A stretch of 64,000 bases of DNA, taken from positions 20,708,001 through 20,772,000 of the forward strand of contig OZ059900.1 in NCBI GenBank assembly GCA_964057225.1. Direction: 5' to 3'. The position numbers and the translations under genes are program-made. How positions within the stretch are numbered: position 1 is the first letter of the stretch; every line of letters begins with the position of its first letter. This DNA comes from Auanema rhodensis. Taxonomy: Eukaryota > Animalia > Nematoda. The notes under the pieces are model-generated. The model was not told the origin of the DNA, made no database searches, and saw only the letters and a list, made by a program, of their open reading frames with translations. This document shows, piece by piece, positions 1 to 13,900 of this stretch.

Positions 1-342
1 TTTGAACACATGAAATCGTAAGTCAAAACCTTGTTCACAGCGAAATTTCCTAAAACTGGTTTTCCAGCATAATAAAATATTTCTCGTGGGAAATACTGTG
101 TTTTTGTATTTTTCTAGTGTTCAGCATGTAAAATGCTTCATTTTAGTATGTAACACGCTGAAATTCGTTGCATTTGACGACTCATATGAACAAAAATCGA
201 TTTAATCAATATTAGCCATAAGGGGCGTGCCCTCAGAATATGCTAATTTCCTTAATTTTCTAACCCCTGTTTTTTTGTCGTGAAAGTGGAACTAGACGTT
301 GTACGAACAATTTTGAACTAGGTTTCATTGACATTGCATGAG
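1..342 (+). repeat. Reference monomer (arbitrary phase), 342 bp, ~34% GC, with ClaI (ATCGAT, 196-201) and NdeI (CATATG, 183-188) sites
   Basis: Read directly. 117 G+C in 342 bp by hand count; the next copy begins at 343. Confidence 0.97.
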
Positions 343-3300
343 TTTGAACACATGAAATCGTAAGTCAAAACCTTGTTTACAGCGAAATTTCCTAAAACTG
401 GTTTTCCAGCATAATAAAATATTTCTCGTGGGAAATACTGTGTTTTTGTATTTTTCTAGTGTTCAGCATGTAAAATGCTTCATTTTAGTATGTAACACGC
501 TGAAATTCGTTGCATTTGACGACTCATATGAACAAAAATCGATTTAATCAATATTAGCCATAAGGGGCGTGCCCTCAGAATATGCTAATTTCCTTAATTT
601 TCTAACCCCTGTTTTTTTGTCGTGAAAGTGGAACTAGACGTTGTACGAACAATTTTGAACTAGGTTTCATTGACATTGCATGAGTTTGAACACATGAAAT
701 CGTAAGTCAAAACCTTGTTCACAGCGAAATTTCCAAAAACTGGTTTTCCAGCATAATAAAATATTTCTAATGGGAAATACTGTGTTTTTGTTTTTTTCTA
801 GTGTTCAGCATGTAAAATGCTTCATTTTAGTATGTAACACGCTGAAATTCGTTGCATTTGACGACTCATATGAACAAAAATCGATTTAATCAATATTAGC
901 CATAAGGGGCGTGCCCTCAGAATATGCTAATTTCCTTAATTTTCTAACCCCTGTTTTTTTGTCGTGAAAGTGGAACTAGACGTTGTACGAACAATTTTGA
1001 ACTAGGTTTCATTGACATTGCATGAGTTTGAACACATGAAATCGTAAGTCAAAACCTTGTTTACAGCGAAATTTCCAAAAACTGGTTTTCCAGCATAATA
1101 AAATATTTCTCATGGGAAATACTGTGTTTTTGTATTTTTCTAGTGTTCAGCATGTAAAATGCTTCATTTTAGTATGTAACACGCTGAAATTCGTTGCATT
1201 TGACGACTCATATGAACAAAAATCGATTTAATCAATATTAGCCATAAGGGGCGTGCCCTCAGAATATGCTAATTTCCTTAATTTTCTAACCCCTGTTTTT
1301 TTGTCGTGAAAGTGGAACTAGACGTTGTACGAACAATTTTGAGCTAAGTTTCATTGACATTGCATGAGTTTGAACACATGAAATCGTAAGTCAAAACCTT
1401 GTTTACAGCGAAATTTCCAAAAACTGGTTTTCCTGCATAATAAAATATTTCTCGTGGGAAATACTGTGTTTTTGTATTTTTCTAGTGTTCAGCATGTAAA
1501 ATGCTTCATTTTAGTATGTAACACGCTGGAATTCGTTGCATTTGACGACTCATATGAACAAAAATCGATTTAATCAATATTAGCCATAAGGGGCGTGCCC
1601 TCAGAATATGCTAATTTCCTTAATTTTCTAACCCCTGTTTTTTTGTCGTGAAAGTGGAACTAGACGTTGTACGAACAATTTTGAACTAGGTTTCATTGAC
1701 ATTGCATGAGTTTGAACACATGAAATCGTAAGTCAAAACCTTGTTTACAGCGAAATTTCCAAAAACTGGTTTTCCAGCATAATAAAATATTTCTCATGGG
1801 AAATACTGTGTTTTTGTATTTTTCTAGTGTTCAGCATGTAAAATGCTTCATTTTAGTATGTAACACGCTGAAATTCGTTGCATTTGACGACTCATATGAA
1901 CAAAAATCGATTTAATCAATATTAGCCATAAGGGGCGTGCCCTCAGAATATGCTAATTTCCTTAATTTTCTAACCCCTGTTTTTTTGTCGTGAAAGTGGA
2001 ACTAGACGTTGTACGAACAATTTTGAGCTAGGTTTCATTGACATTGCATGAGTTTGAACACATGAAATCGTAAGTCAAAACCTTGTTCACAGCGAAATTT
2101 CCTAAAACTGGTTTTCCAGCATAATAAAATATTTCTCGTGGGAAATACTGTGTTTTTGTATTTTTCTAGTGTTCAGCATGTAAAATGCTTCATTTTAGTA
2201 TGTAACACGCTGAAATTCGTTGCATTTGACGACTCATATGAACAAAAATCGATTTAATCAATATTAGCCATAAGGGGCGTGCCCTCAGAATATGCTAATT
2301 TCCTTAATTTTCTAACCCCTGTTTTTTTGTCGTGAAAGTGGAACTAGACGTTGTACGAACAATTTTGAACTAGGTTTCATTGACATTGCATGAGTTTGAA
2401 CACATGAAATCGTAAGTCAAAACCTTGTTTACAGCGAAATTTCCTAAAACTGGTTTTCCAGCATAATAAAATATTTCTAAAGGGAAATACTGTGTTTTTG
2501 TATTTTTCTAGTGTTCAGCATGTAAAATGCTTCATTTTAGTATGTAACACGCTGAAATTCGTTGCATTTGACGACTCATATGAACAAAAATCGATTTAAT
2601 CAATATTAGCCATAAGGGGCGTGCCCTCAGAATATGCTAATTTCCTTAATTTTCTAACCCCTGTTTTTTTGTCGTGAAAGTGGAACTAGACGTTGTACGA
2701 ACAATTTTGAGCTAGGTTTCATTGACATTGCATGAGTTTGAACACATGAAATCGTAAGTCAAAACCTTGTTTACAGCGAAATTTCCAAAAACTGGTTTTC
2801 CAGCATAATAAAATATTTCTCGTGGGAAATACTGTGTTTTTGTATTTTTCTAGTGTTCAGCATGTAAAATGCTTCATTTTAGTATGTAACACGCTGAAAT
2901 TCGTTGCATTTGACGACTCATATGAACAAAAATCGATTTAATCAATATTAGCCATAAGGGGCGTGCCCTCAGAATATGCTAATTTCCTTAATTTTCTAAC
3001 CCCTGTTTTTTTGTCGTGATAGTGGAACTAGACGTTGTACGAACAATTTTGAACTAGGTTTCATTGACATTGCATGAGTTTGAACACATGAAATCGTAAG
3101 TCAAAACCTTGTTCACAGCGAAATTTCCTAAAACTGGTTTTCCAGCATAATAAAATATTTCTCGTGGGAAATACTGTGTTTTTGTATTTTTCTAGTGTTC
3201 AGCATGTAAAATGCTTCATTTTAGTATGTAACACGCTGAAATTCGTTGCATTTGACGACTCATATGAACAAAAATCGATTTAATCAATATTAGCCATAAG

Positions 3301-5100
3301 GGGCGTGCCCTCAGAATATGCTAATTTCCTTAATTTTCTAACCCCTGTTTTTTTGTCGTGAAAGTGGAACTAGACGTTGTACGAACAATTTTGAACTAGG
3401 TTTCATTGACATTGCATGAGTTTGAACACATGAAATCGTAAGTCAAAACCTTGTTTACAGCGAAATTTCCTAAAACTGGTTTTCCAGCATAATAAAATAT
3501 TTCTCGTGGGAAATACTGTGTTTTTGTATTTTTCTAGTGTTCAGCATGTAAAATGCTTCATTTTAGTATGTAACACGCTGAAATTCGTTGCATTTGACGA
3601 CTCATATGAACAAAAATCGATTTAATCAATATTAGCCATAAGGGGCGTGCCCTCAGAATATGCTAATTTCCTTAATTTTCTAACCCCTGTTTTTTTGTCG
3701 TGAAAGTGGAACTAGACGTTGTACGAACAATTTTGAACTAGGTTTCATTGACATTGCATGAGTTTGAACACATGAAATCGTAAGTCAAAACCTTGTTCAC
3801 AGCGAAATTTCCAAAAACTGGTTTTCCAGCATAATAAAATATTTCTAATGGGAAATACTGTGTTTTTGTTTTTTTCTAGTGTTCAGCATGTAAAATGCTT
3901 CATTTTAGTATGTAACACGCTGAAATTCGTTGCATTTGACGACTCATATGAACAAAAATCGATTTAATCAATATTAGCCATAAGGGGCGTGCCCTCAGAA
4001 TATGCTAATTTCCTTAATTTTCTAACCCCTGTTTTTTTGTCGTGAAAGTGGAACTAGACGTTGTACGAACAATTTTGAACTAGGTTTCATTGACATTGCA
4101 TGAGTTTGAACACATGAAATCGTAAGTCAAAACCTTGTTTACAGCGAAATTTCCAAAAACTGGTTTTCCAGCATAATAAAATATTTCTCATGGGAAATAC
4201 TGTGTTTTTGTATTTTTCTAGTGTTCAGCATGTAAAATGCTTCATTTTAGTATGTAACACGCTGAAATTCGTTGCATTTGACGACTCATATGAACAAAAA
4301 TCGATTTAATCAATATTAGCCATAAGGGGCGTGCCCTCAGAATATGCTAATTTCCTTAATTTTCTAACCCCTGTTTTTTTGTCGTGAAAGTGGAACTAGA
4401 CGTTGTACGAACAATTTTGAGCTAAGTTTCATTGACATTGCATGAGTTTGAACACATGAAATCGTAAGTCAAAACCTTGTTTACAGCGAAATTTCCAAAA
4501 ACTGGTTTTCCTGCATAATAAAATATTTCTCGTGGGAAATACTGTGTTTTTGTATTTTTCTAGTGTTCAGCATGTAAAATGCTTCATTTTAGTATGTAAC
4601 ACGCTGGAATTCGTTGCATTTGACGACTCATATGAACAAAAATCGATTTAATCAATATTAGCCATAAGGGGCGTGCCCTCAGAATATGCTAATTTCCTTA
4701 ATTTTCTAACCCCTGTTTTTTTGTCGTGAAAGTGGAACTAGACGTTGTACGAACAATTTTGAACTAGGTTTCATTGACATTGCATGAGTTTGAACACATG
4801 AAATCGTAAGTCAAAACCTTGTTTACAGCGAAATTTCCAAAAACTGGTTTTCCAGCATAATAAAATATTTCTCATGGGAAATACTGTGTTTTTGTATTTT
4901 TCTAGTGTTCAGCATGTAAAATGCTTCATTTTAGTATGTAACACGCTGAAATTCGTTGCATTTGACGACTCATATGAACAAAAATCGATTTAATCAATAT
5001 TAGCCATAAGGGGCGTGCCCTCAGAATATGCTAATTTCCTTAATTTTCTAACCCCTGTTTTTTTGTCGTGAAAGTGGAACTAGACGTTGTACGAACAATT
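1..5100 (+). repeat. Local 9-mer higher-order duplication A (period 3078 bp)
   Basis: Monomers 1-6 match monomers 10-15 in variant order: TTTTTGTTTTTTTCT at 792 and 3870, GCTAAGTT at ~1347 and ~4425, CCTGCAT plus GCTGGAATTC at ~1434/1529 and ~4512/4607. Confidence 0.88.
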
Positions 5101-8100
5101 TTAAGCTAGGTTTCATTGACATTGCATGAGTTTGAACACATGAAATCGTAAGTCAAAACCTTGTTTACAGCGAAATTTCCAAAAACTGGTTTTCCTGCAT
5201 AATAAATCATTTCTCGTGGGAAATACTGTGTTTTTGTCTTTTTCTAGTGTTCAGCATGTAAAATGCTTCATTTTAGTATGTAACACGCTGGAATTCGTTG
5301 CATTTGACGACTCATATGAACAAAAATCGATTTAATCAATATTAGCCATAAGGGGCGTGCCCTCAGAATATGCTAATTTCCTTAATTTTCTAACCCCTGT
5401 TTTTTTGTCGTGAAAGTGGAACTAGACGTTGTACGAACAATTTTGAACTAGGTTTCATTGACATTGCATGAGTTTGAACACATGAAATCGTAAGTCAAAA
5501 CCTTGTTTACAGCGAAATTTCCAAAAACTGGTTTTCCAGCATAATAAAATATTTCTAATGGGAAATACTGTGTTTTTGTATTTTTCTAGTGTTCAGCATG
5601 TAAAATGCTTCATTTTAGTATGTAACACGCTGAAATTCGTTGCATTTGACGACTCATATGAACAAAAATCGATTTAATCAATATTAGCCATAAGGGGCGT
5701 GCCCTCAGAATATGCTAATTTCCTTAATTTTCTAACCCCTGTTTTTTTGTCGTGAAAGTGGAACTAGACGTTGTACGAACAATTTTAAACTAGGTTTCAT
5801 TGACATTGCATGAGTTTGAACACATGAAATCGTAAGTCAAAACCTTGTTTACAGCGAAATTTCCAAAAACTGATTTTCCAGCATAATAAAATATTTCTCA
5901 TGGGAAATACTGTGTTTTTGTGTTTTTCTAGTGTTCAGCATGTAAAATGCTTTATTTTAGTATGTAACACGCTGGAATTCGTTGCATTTGACGACTTATA
6001 TGAACAAAAATCGATTTAATCAATATTAGCCATAAGGGGCGTGCCCTCAGAATATGCTAATTTCCTTAATTTTCTAACCCCTGTTTTTTTGTCGTGAAAG
6101 TGGAACTAGACGTTGTACGAACAATTTTGAACTAGGTTTCATTGACATTGCATGAGTTTGAACACATGAAATCGTAAGTCAAACCTTGTTTACAGCGAAA
6201 TTTCCAAAAACTGGTTTTCCAGCATAATAAAATATTTCTAATGGGAAATACTGTGTTTTTGTATTTTTCTAGTGTTCAGCATGTAAAATGCTTCATTTTA
6301 GTATGTAACACGCTGAAATTCGTTGCATTTGACGACTCATATGAACAAAAATCGATTTAATCAATATTAGCCATAAGGGGCGTGCCCTCAGAATATGCTA
6401 ATTTCCTTAATTTTCTAACCCCTGTTTTTTTGTCGTGAAAGTGGAACTAGACGTTGTACGAACAATTTTGAACTAGGTTTCATTGACATTGCATGAGTTT
6501 GAACACATGAAATCGTAAGTCAAAACCTTGTTTACAGCGAAATTTCCAAAAACTGATTTTCCAGCATAATAAAATATTTCTCATGGGAAATACTGTGTTT
6601 TTGTGTTTTTCTAGTGTTCAGCATATAAAATGCTTCATTTTAGTATGTAACACGCTGAAATTCGTTGCATTTGACGACTCATATGAACAAAAATCGATTT
6701 AATCAATATTAGCCATAAGGGGCGTGCCCTCAGAATATGCTAATTTCCTTAATTTTCTAACCCCTGTTTTTTTGTCGTGAAAGTGGAACTAGACGTTGTA
6801 CGAACAATTTTGAGCTAGGTTTCATTGACATTGCATGAGTTTGAACACATGAAATCGTAAGTCAAAACCTTGTTTACAGCGAAATTTCCAAAAACTGGTT
6901 TTCCAGCATAATAAAATATTTCTCATGGGAAATACTGTGTTTTTGTATTTTTCTAGTGTTCAGCATGTAAAATGCTTCATTTTAGTATGTAACACGCTGA
7001 AATTCGTTGCATTTGACGACTCATATGAACAAAAATCGATTTAATCAATATTAGCCATAAGGGGCGTGCCCTCAGAATATGCTAATTTCCCTAATTTTCT
7101 AACCCCTGTTTTTTTGTCGTGAAAGTGGAACTAGACGTTGTACGAACAATTTTGAGCTAGGTTTCATTGACATTGCATGAGTTTGAACACATGAAATCGT
7201 AAGTCAAAACCTTGTTTACAGCGAAATTTCCAAAAACTGGTTTTCCAGCATAATGAAATATTTCTCATGGGAAATACTGTGTTTTTGTATTTTTCTAGTG
7301 TTCAGCATGTAAAATGCTTCATTTTAGTATGTAACACGCTGAAATTCGTTGCATTTGACGACTCATATGAACAAAAATCGATTTAATCAATATTAGCCAT
7401 AAGGGGCGTGCCCTCAGAATATGCTAATTTCCTTAATTTTCTAACCCCTGTTTTTTTGTTGTGAAAGTGGAACTAGACGTTGTACGAACAATTTTGAACT
7501 AGGTTTCATTGACATTGCATGAGTTTGAACACATGAAATCGTAAGTCAAAACCTTGTTTACAGCGAAATTTCCAAAAACTGGTTTTCCAGCATAATAAAA
7601 TATTTCTCATGGGAAATACTGTGTTTTTGTATTTTTCTAGTGTTCAGCATGTAAAATGCTGCATTTTAGTATGTAACACGCTGAAATTCGTTGCATTTGA
7701 CGACTCATATGAACAAAAATCGATTTAATCAATATTAGCCATAAGGGGCGTGCCCTCAGAATATGCTAATTTCCTTAATTTTCTAATCCCTGTTTTTTTG
7801 TCGTGAAAGTGGAACTAGACGTTGTACGAACAATTTTGAACTAGGTTTCATTGACATTGCATGAGTTTGAACACATGAAATCGTAAGTCAAAACCTTGTT
7901 TACAGCGAAATTTCCAAAAACTGGTTTTCCAGCATAATAAAATATTTCTCATGGGAAATACTGTGTTTTTGTATTTTTCTAGTGTTCAGCATGTAAAATG
8001 CTTCATTTTAGTATGTAACACGCTGAAATTCGTTGCATTTGACGACTCATATGAACAAAAATCGATTTAATCAATATTAGCCATAAGGGGCGTGCCCTCA

Positions 8101-10915
8101 GAATATGCTAATTTCCTTAATTTTCTAACCCCTGTTTTTTTGTCGTGAAAGTGGAACTAGACGTTGTACGAACAATTTTAAGCTAGGTTTCATTGACATT
8201 GCATGAGTTTGAACACATGAAATCGTAAGTCAAAACCTTGTTTACAGCGAAATTTCCAAAAACTGGTTTTCCTGCATAATAAATCATTTCTCGTGGGAAA
8301 TACTGTGTTTTTGTCTTTTTCTAGTGTTCAGCATGTAAAATGCTTCATTTTAGTATGTAACACGCTGGAATTCGTTGCATTTGACGACTCATATGAACAA
8401 AAATCGATTTAATCAATATTAGCCATAAGGGGCGTGCCCTCAGAATATGCTAATTTCCTTAATTTTCTAACCCCTGTTTTTTTGTCGTGAAAGTGGAACT
8501 AGACGTTGTACGAACAATTTTGAACTAGGTTTCATTGACATTGCATGAGTTTGAACACATGAAATCGTAAGTCAAAACCTTGTTTACAGCGAAATTTCCA
8601 AAAACTGGTTTTCCAGCATAATAAAATATTTCTAATGGGAAATACTGTGTTTTTGTATTTTTCTAGTGTTCAGCATGTAAAATGCTTCATTTTAGTATGT
8701 AACACGCTGAAATTCGTTGCATTTGACGACTCATATGAACAAAAATCGATTTAATCAATATTAGCCATAAGGGGCGTGCCCTCAGAATATGCTAATTTCC
8801 TTAATTTTCTAACCCCTGTTTTTTTGTCGTGAAAGTGGAACTAGACGTTGTACGAACAATTTTAAACTAGGTTTCATTGACATTGCATGAGTTTGAACAC
8901 ATGAAATCGTAAGTCAAAACCTTGTTTACAGCGAAATTTCCAAAAACTGATTTTCCAGCATAATAAAATATTTCTCATGGGAAATACTGTGTTTTTGTGT
9001 TTTTCTAGTGTTCAGCATGTAAAATGCTTTATTTTAGTATGTAACACGCTGGAATTCGTTGCATTTGACGACTTATATGAACAAAAATCGATTTAATCAA
9101 TATTAGCCATAAGGGGCGTGCCCTCAGAATATGCTAATTTCCTTAATTTTCTAACCCCTGTTTTTTTGTCGTGAAAGTGGAACTAGACGTTGTACGAACA
9201 ATTTTGAACTAGGTTTCATTGACATTGCATGAGTTTGAACACATGAAATCGTAAGTCAAACCTTGTTTACAGCGAAATTTCCAAAAACTGGTTTTCCAGC
9301 ATAATAAAATATTTCTAATGGGAAATACTGTGTTTTTGTATTTTTCTAGTGTTCAGCATGTAAAATGCTTCATTTTAGTATGTAACACGCTGAAATTCGT
9401 TGCATTTGACGACTCATATGAACAAAAATCGATTTAATCAATATTAGCCATAAGGGGCGTGCCCTCAGAATATGCTAATTTCCTTAATTTTCTAACCCCT
9501 GTTTTTTTGTCGTGAAAGTGGAACTAGACGTTGTACGAACAATTTTGAACTAGGTTTCATTGACATTGCATGAGTTTGAACACATGAAATCGTAAGTCAA
9601 AACCTTGTTTACAGCGAAATTTCCAAAAACTGATTTTCCAGCATAATAAAATATTTCTCATGGGAAATACTGTGTTTTTGTGTTTTTCTAGTGTTCAGCA
9701 TATAAAATGCTTCATTTTAGTATGTAACACGCTGAAATTCGTTGCATTTGACGACTCATATGAACAAAAATCGATTTAATCAATATTAGCCATAAGGGGC
9801 GTGCCCTCAGAATATGCTAATTTCCTTAATTTTCTAACCCCTGTTTTTTTGTCGTGAAAGTGGAACTAGACGTTGTACGAACAATTTTGAGCTAGGTTTC
9901 ATTGACATTGCATGAGTTTGAACACATGAAATCGTAAGTCAAAACCTTGTTTACAGCGAAATTTCCAAAAACTGGTTTTCCAGCATAATAAAATATTTCT
10001 CATGGGAAATACTGTGTTTTTGTATTTTTCTAGTGTTCAGCATGTAAAATGCTTCATTTTAGTATGTAACACGCTGAAATTCGTTGCATTTGACGACTCA
10101 TATGAACAAAAATCGATTTAATCAATATTAGCCATAAGGGGCGTGCCCTCAGAATATGCTAATTTCCCTAATTTTCTAACCCCTGTTTTTTTGTCGTGAA
10201 AGTGGAACTAGACGTTGTACGAACAATTTTGAGCTAGGTTTCATTGACATTGCATGAGTTTGAACACATGAAATCGTAAGTCAAAACCTTGTTTACAGCG
10301 AAATTTCCAAAAACTGGTTTTCCAGCATAATGAAATATTTCTCATGGGAAATACTGTGTTTTTGTATTTTTCTAGTGTTCAGCATGTAAAATGCTTCATT
10401 TTAGTATGTAACACGCTGAAATTCGTTGCATTTGACGACTCATATGAACAAAAATCGATTTAATCAATATTAGCCATAAGGGGCGTGCCCTCAGAATATG
10501 CTAATTTCCTTAATTTTCTAACCCCTGTTTTTTTGTTGTGAAAGTGGAACTAGACGTTGTACGAACAATTTTGAACTAGGTTTCATTGACATTGCATGAG
10601 TTTGAACACATGAAATCGTAAGTCAAAACCTTGTTTACAGCGAAATTTCCAAAAACTGGTTTTCCAGCATAATAAAATATTTCTCATGGGAAATACTGTG
10701 TTTTTGTATTTTTCTAGTGTTCAGCATGTAAAATGCTGCATTTTAGTATGTAACACGCTGAAATTCGTTGCATTTGACGACTCATATGAACAAAAATCGA
10801 TTTAATCAATATTAGCCATAAGGGGCGTGCCCTCAGAATATGCTAATTTCCTTAATTTTCTAATCCCTGTTTTTTTGTCGTGAAAGTGGAACTAGACGTT
10901 GTACGAACAATTTTG
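5100..10915 (+). repeat. Local 9-mer higher-order duplication B (period 3077 bp)
   Basis: An ordered series of private variants occurs twice: TTAAGCT (5103/8180), AATAAATCAT, TTTAAACT, CTGATTTT (5873/8950), a 1-bp deletion in TCAAAACC, GCATATAAAA, CCCTAATT, TAATGAAA, GCTGCATT (7661/10738), TAATCCC. Confidence 0.93.
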
Positions 10916-13900
10916 AGCTAGGTTTCATTGACATTGCATGAGTTTGAACACATGAAATCATAAGTCAAAACCTTGTTTACAGCGAAATTTCCAAAAACTG
11001 GTTTTCCAGCATAATAAAATATTTCTCATAAAAAATACTGTGTTTTTGTATTTTTCTAGGGTTCAGCATGTAAAATGCTTCATTTTAGTATGTAACACGC
11101 TGAAATTCGTTGCATTTGACGACTCATATGAACAAAAATCGATTTAATCAATATTAGCCATAAGGGGCGTGCCCTCAGAATATGCTAATTTCCTTAATTT
11201 TCTAACCCCTGTTTTTTTGTCGTGAAAGTGGAACTAGACATTGTACGAACAATTTTGAACTAGGTTTTATTGACATTGCATGAGTTTGAACACATGAAAT
11301 CGTAAGTCAAAACCTTGTTTACAGCGAAATTTCCAAAAACTGGTTTTCCAGCATAATAAAATATTTCTAATGGGAAATACTGTGTTTTTGTATTTTTCTA
11401 GTGTTCAGCATGTAAAATGCTTCATTTTAGTATGTAACACGCTGAAATTCGTTGCATTTGACGACTCATATGAACAAAAATCGATTTAATCAATATTAGC
11501 CATAAGGGGCGTGCCCTCAGAATATGCTAATTTCCTTAATTTTCTAACCCCTGTTTTTTTGTCGTGAAAGTGGAACTAGACGTTGTACGAACAATTTTGA
11601 ACTAGGTTTCATTGACATTGCATGAGTTTGAACACATGAAATCGTAAGTCAAAACCTTGTTTACAGCGAAATTTCCAAAAAACTGGTTTTCCAGCATAAT
11701 AAAATATTTCTCATGGGAAATACTGTGTTTTTGTATTTTTCTAGTGTTCAGCATGTAAAATGCTTCATTTTAGTATGTAACACGCTGAAATTCGTTGCAT
11801 TTGACGACTCATATGAACAAAAATCGATTTAATCAATATTAGCCATAAGGGGCGTGCCCTCAGAATATGCTAATTTCCTTAATTTTCTAACCCCTGTTTT
11901 TTTGTCGTGAAAGTGGAACTAGACGTTGTACGAACAATTTTGAGCTAGGTTTCATTGACATTGCATGAGTTTGAACACATGAAATCGTAAGTCAAAACCT
12001 TGTTTACAGCGAAATTTCCAAAAACTGGTTTTCCAGCATAATAAAATATTTCTCGTGGGAAATACTGTGTTTTTGTATTTTTCTAGTGTTCAGCATGTAA
12101 AATGCTTCATTTTAGTATGTAACACGCTGAAATTCGTTGCATTTGACGACTCATATGAACAAAAATCGATTTAATCAATATTAGCCATAAGGGGCGTGCC
12201 CTCAGAATATGCTAATTTCCTTAATTTTCTAACCCCTGTTTTTTTGTCGTGAAAGTGGAACTAGACGTTGTACGAACAATTTTGAACTAGGTTTCATTGA
12301 CATTGCATGAGTTTGAACACATGAAATCGTAAGTCAAAACCTTGTTTACAGCGAAATTTCCAAAAACTGGTTTTCCAGCATAATAAAATATTTCTCATGG
12401 GAAATACTGTGTTTTTGTATTTTTCTAGTGTTCAGCATGTAAAATGCTTCATTTTAGTATGTAACACGCTGAAATTCGTTGCATTTGACGACTCATATGA
12501 ACAAAAATCGATTTAATCAATATTAGCCATAAGGGGCGTGCCCTCAGAATATGCTAATTTCCTTAATTTTCTAATCCCTGTTTTTTTGTCGTGAAAGTGG
12601 AACTAGACGTTGTACGAACAATTTTGAGCTAGGTTTCATTGACATTGCATGAGTTTGAACACATGAAATCGTAAGTCAAAACCTTGTTTACAGCGAAATT
12701 TCCAAAAACTGGTTTTCCAGCATAATAAAATATTTCTCATGGGAAATACTGTGTTTTTGTATTTTTCTAGTGTTCAGCATGTAAAATGCTGCATTTTAGT
12801 ATGTAACACGCTGAAATTCGTTGCATTTGACGACTCATATGAACAAAAATCGATTTAATCAATATTAGCCATAAGGGGCGTGCCCTCAGAATATGCTAAT
12901 TTCCTTAATTTTCTAATCCCTGTTTTTTTGTCGTGAAAGTGGAACTAGACGTTGTACGAACAATTTTGAGCTAGGTTTCATTGACATTGCATGAGTTTGA
13001 ACACATGAAATCATAAGTCAAAACCTTGTTTACAGCGAAATTTCCAAAAACTGGTTTTCCAGCATAATAAAATATTTCTCATAAAAAATACTGTGTTTTT
13101 GTATTTTTCTAGGGTTCAGCATGTAAAATGCTTCATTTTAGTATGTAACACGCTGAAATTCGTTGCATTTGACGACTCATATGAACAAAAATCGATTTAA
13201 TCAATATTAGCCATAAGGGGCGTGCCCTCAGAATATGCTAATTTCCTTAATTTTCTAACCCCTGTTTTTTTGTCGTGAAAGTGGAACTAGACATTGTACG
13301 AACAATTTTGAACTAGGTTTTATTGACATTGCATGAGTTTGAACACATGAAATCGTAAGTCAAAACCTTGTTTACAGCGAAATTTCCAAAAACTGGTTTT
13401 CCAGCATAATAAAATATTTCTAATGGGAAATACTGTGTTTTTGTATTTTTCTAGTGTTCAGCATGTAAAATGCTTCATTTTAGTATGTAACACGCTGAAA
13501 TTCGTTGCATTTGACGACTCATATGAACAAAAATCGATTTAATCAATATTAGCCATAAGGGGCGTGCCCTCAGAATATGCTAATTTCCTTAATTTTCTAA
13601 CCCCTGTTTTTTTGTCGTGAAAGTGGAACTAGACGTTGTACGAACAATTTTGAACTAGGTTTCATTGACATTGCATGAGTTTGAACACATGAAATCGTAA
13701 GTCAAAACCTTGTTTACAGCGAAATTTCCAAAAAACTGGTTTTCCAGCATAATAAAATATTTCTCATGGGAAATACTGTGTTTTTGTATTTTTCTAGTGT
13801 TCAGCATGTAAAATGCTTCATTTTAGTATGTAACACGCTGAAATTCGTTGCATTTGACGACTCATATGAACAAAAATCGATTTAATCAATATTAGCCATA

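Noticed and set aside
163-179. CENP-B-box-like motif ATTCGTTGCATTTGACG
   Set aside because: It shares TTCGTTG and the central A with the human box but lacks CGGG (about 6 of 9 core positions). This is not enough to call.
1-342. Identification as primate alpha satellite (2 x 171 bp) or a named insect satellite
   Set aside because: The length coincides, but I do not recognise alpha-satellite sequence motifs. I cannot assign a family or species without a database search.
1-342. Tandem 5S rRNA, tRNA, snRNA or spliced-leader gene cluster
   Set aside because: There are no recognisable conserved RNA gene motifs or Pol III box arrangement in either orientation.
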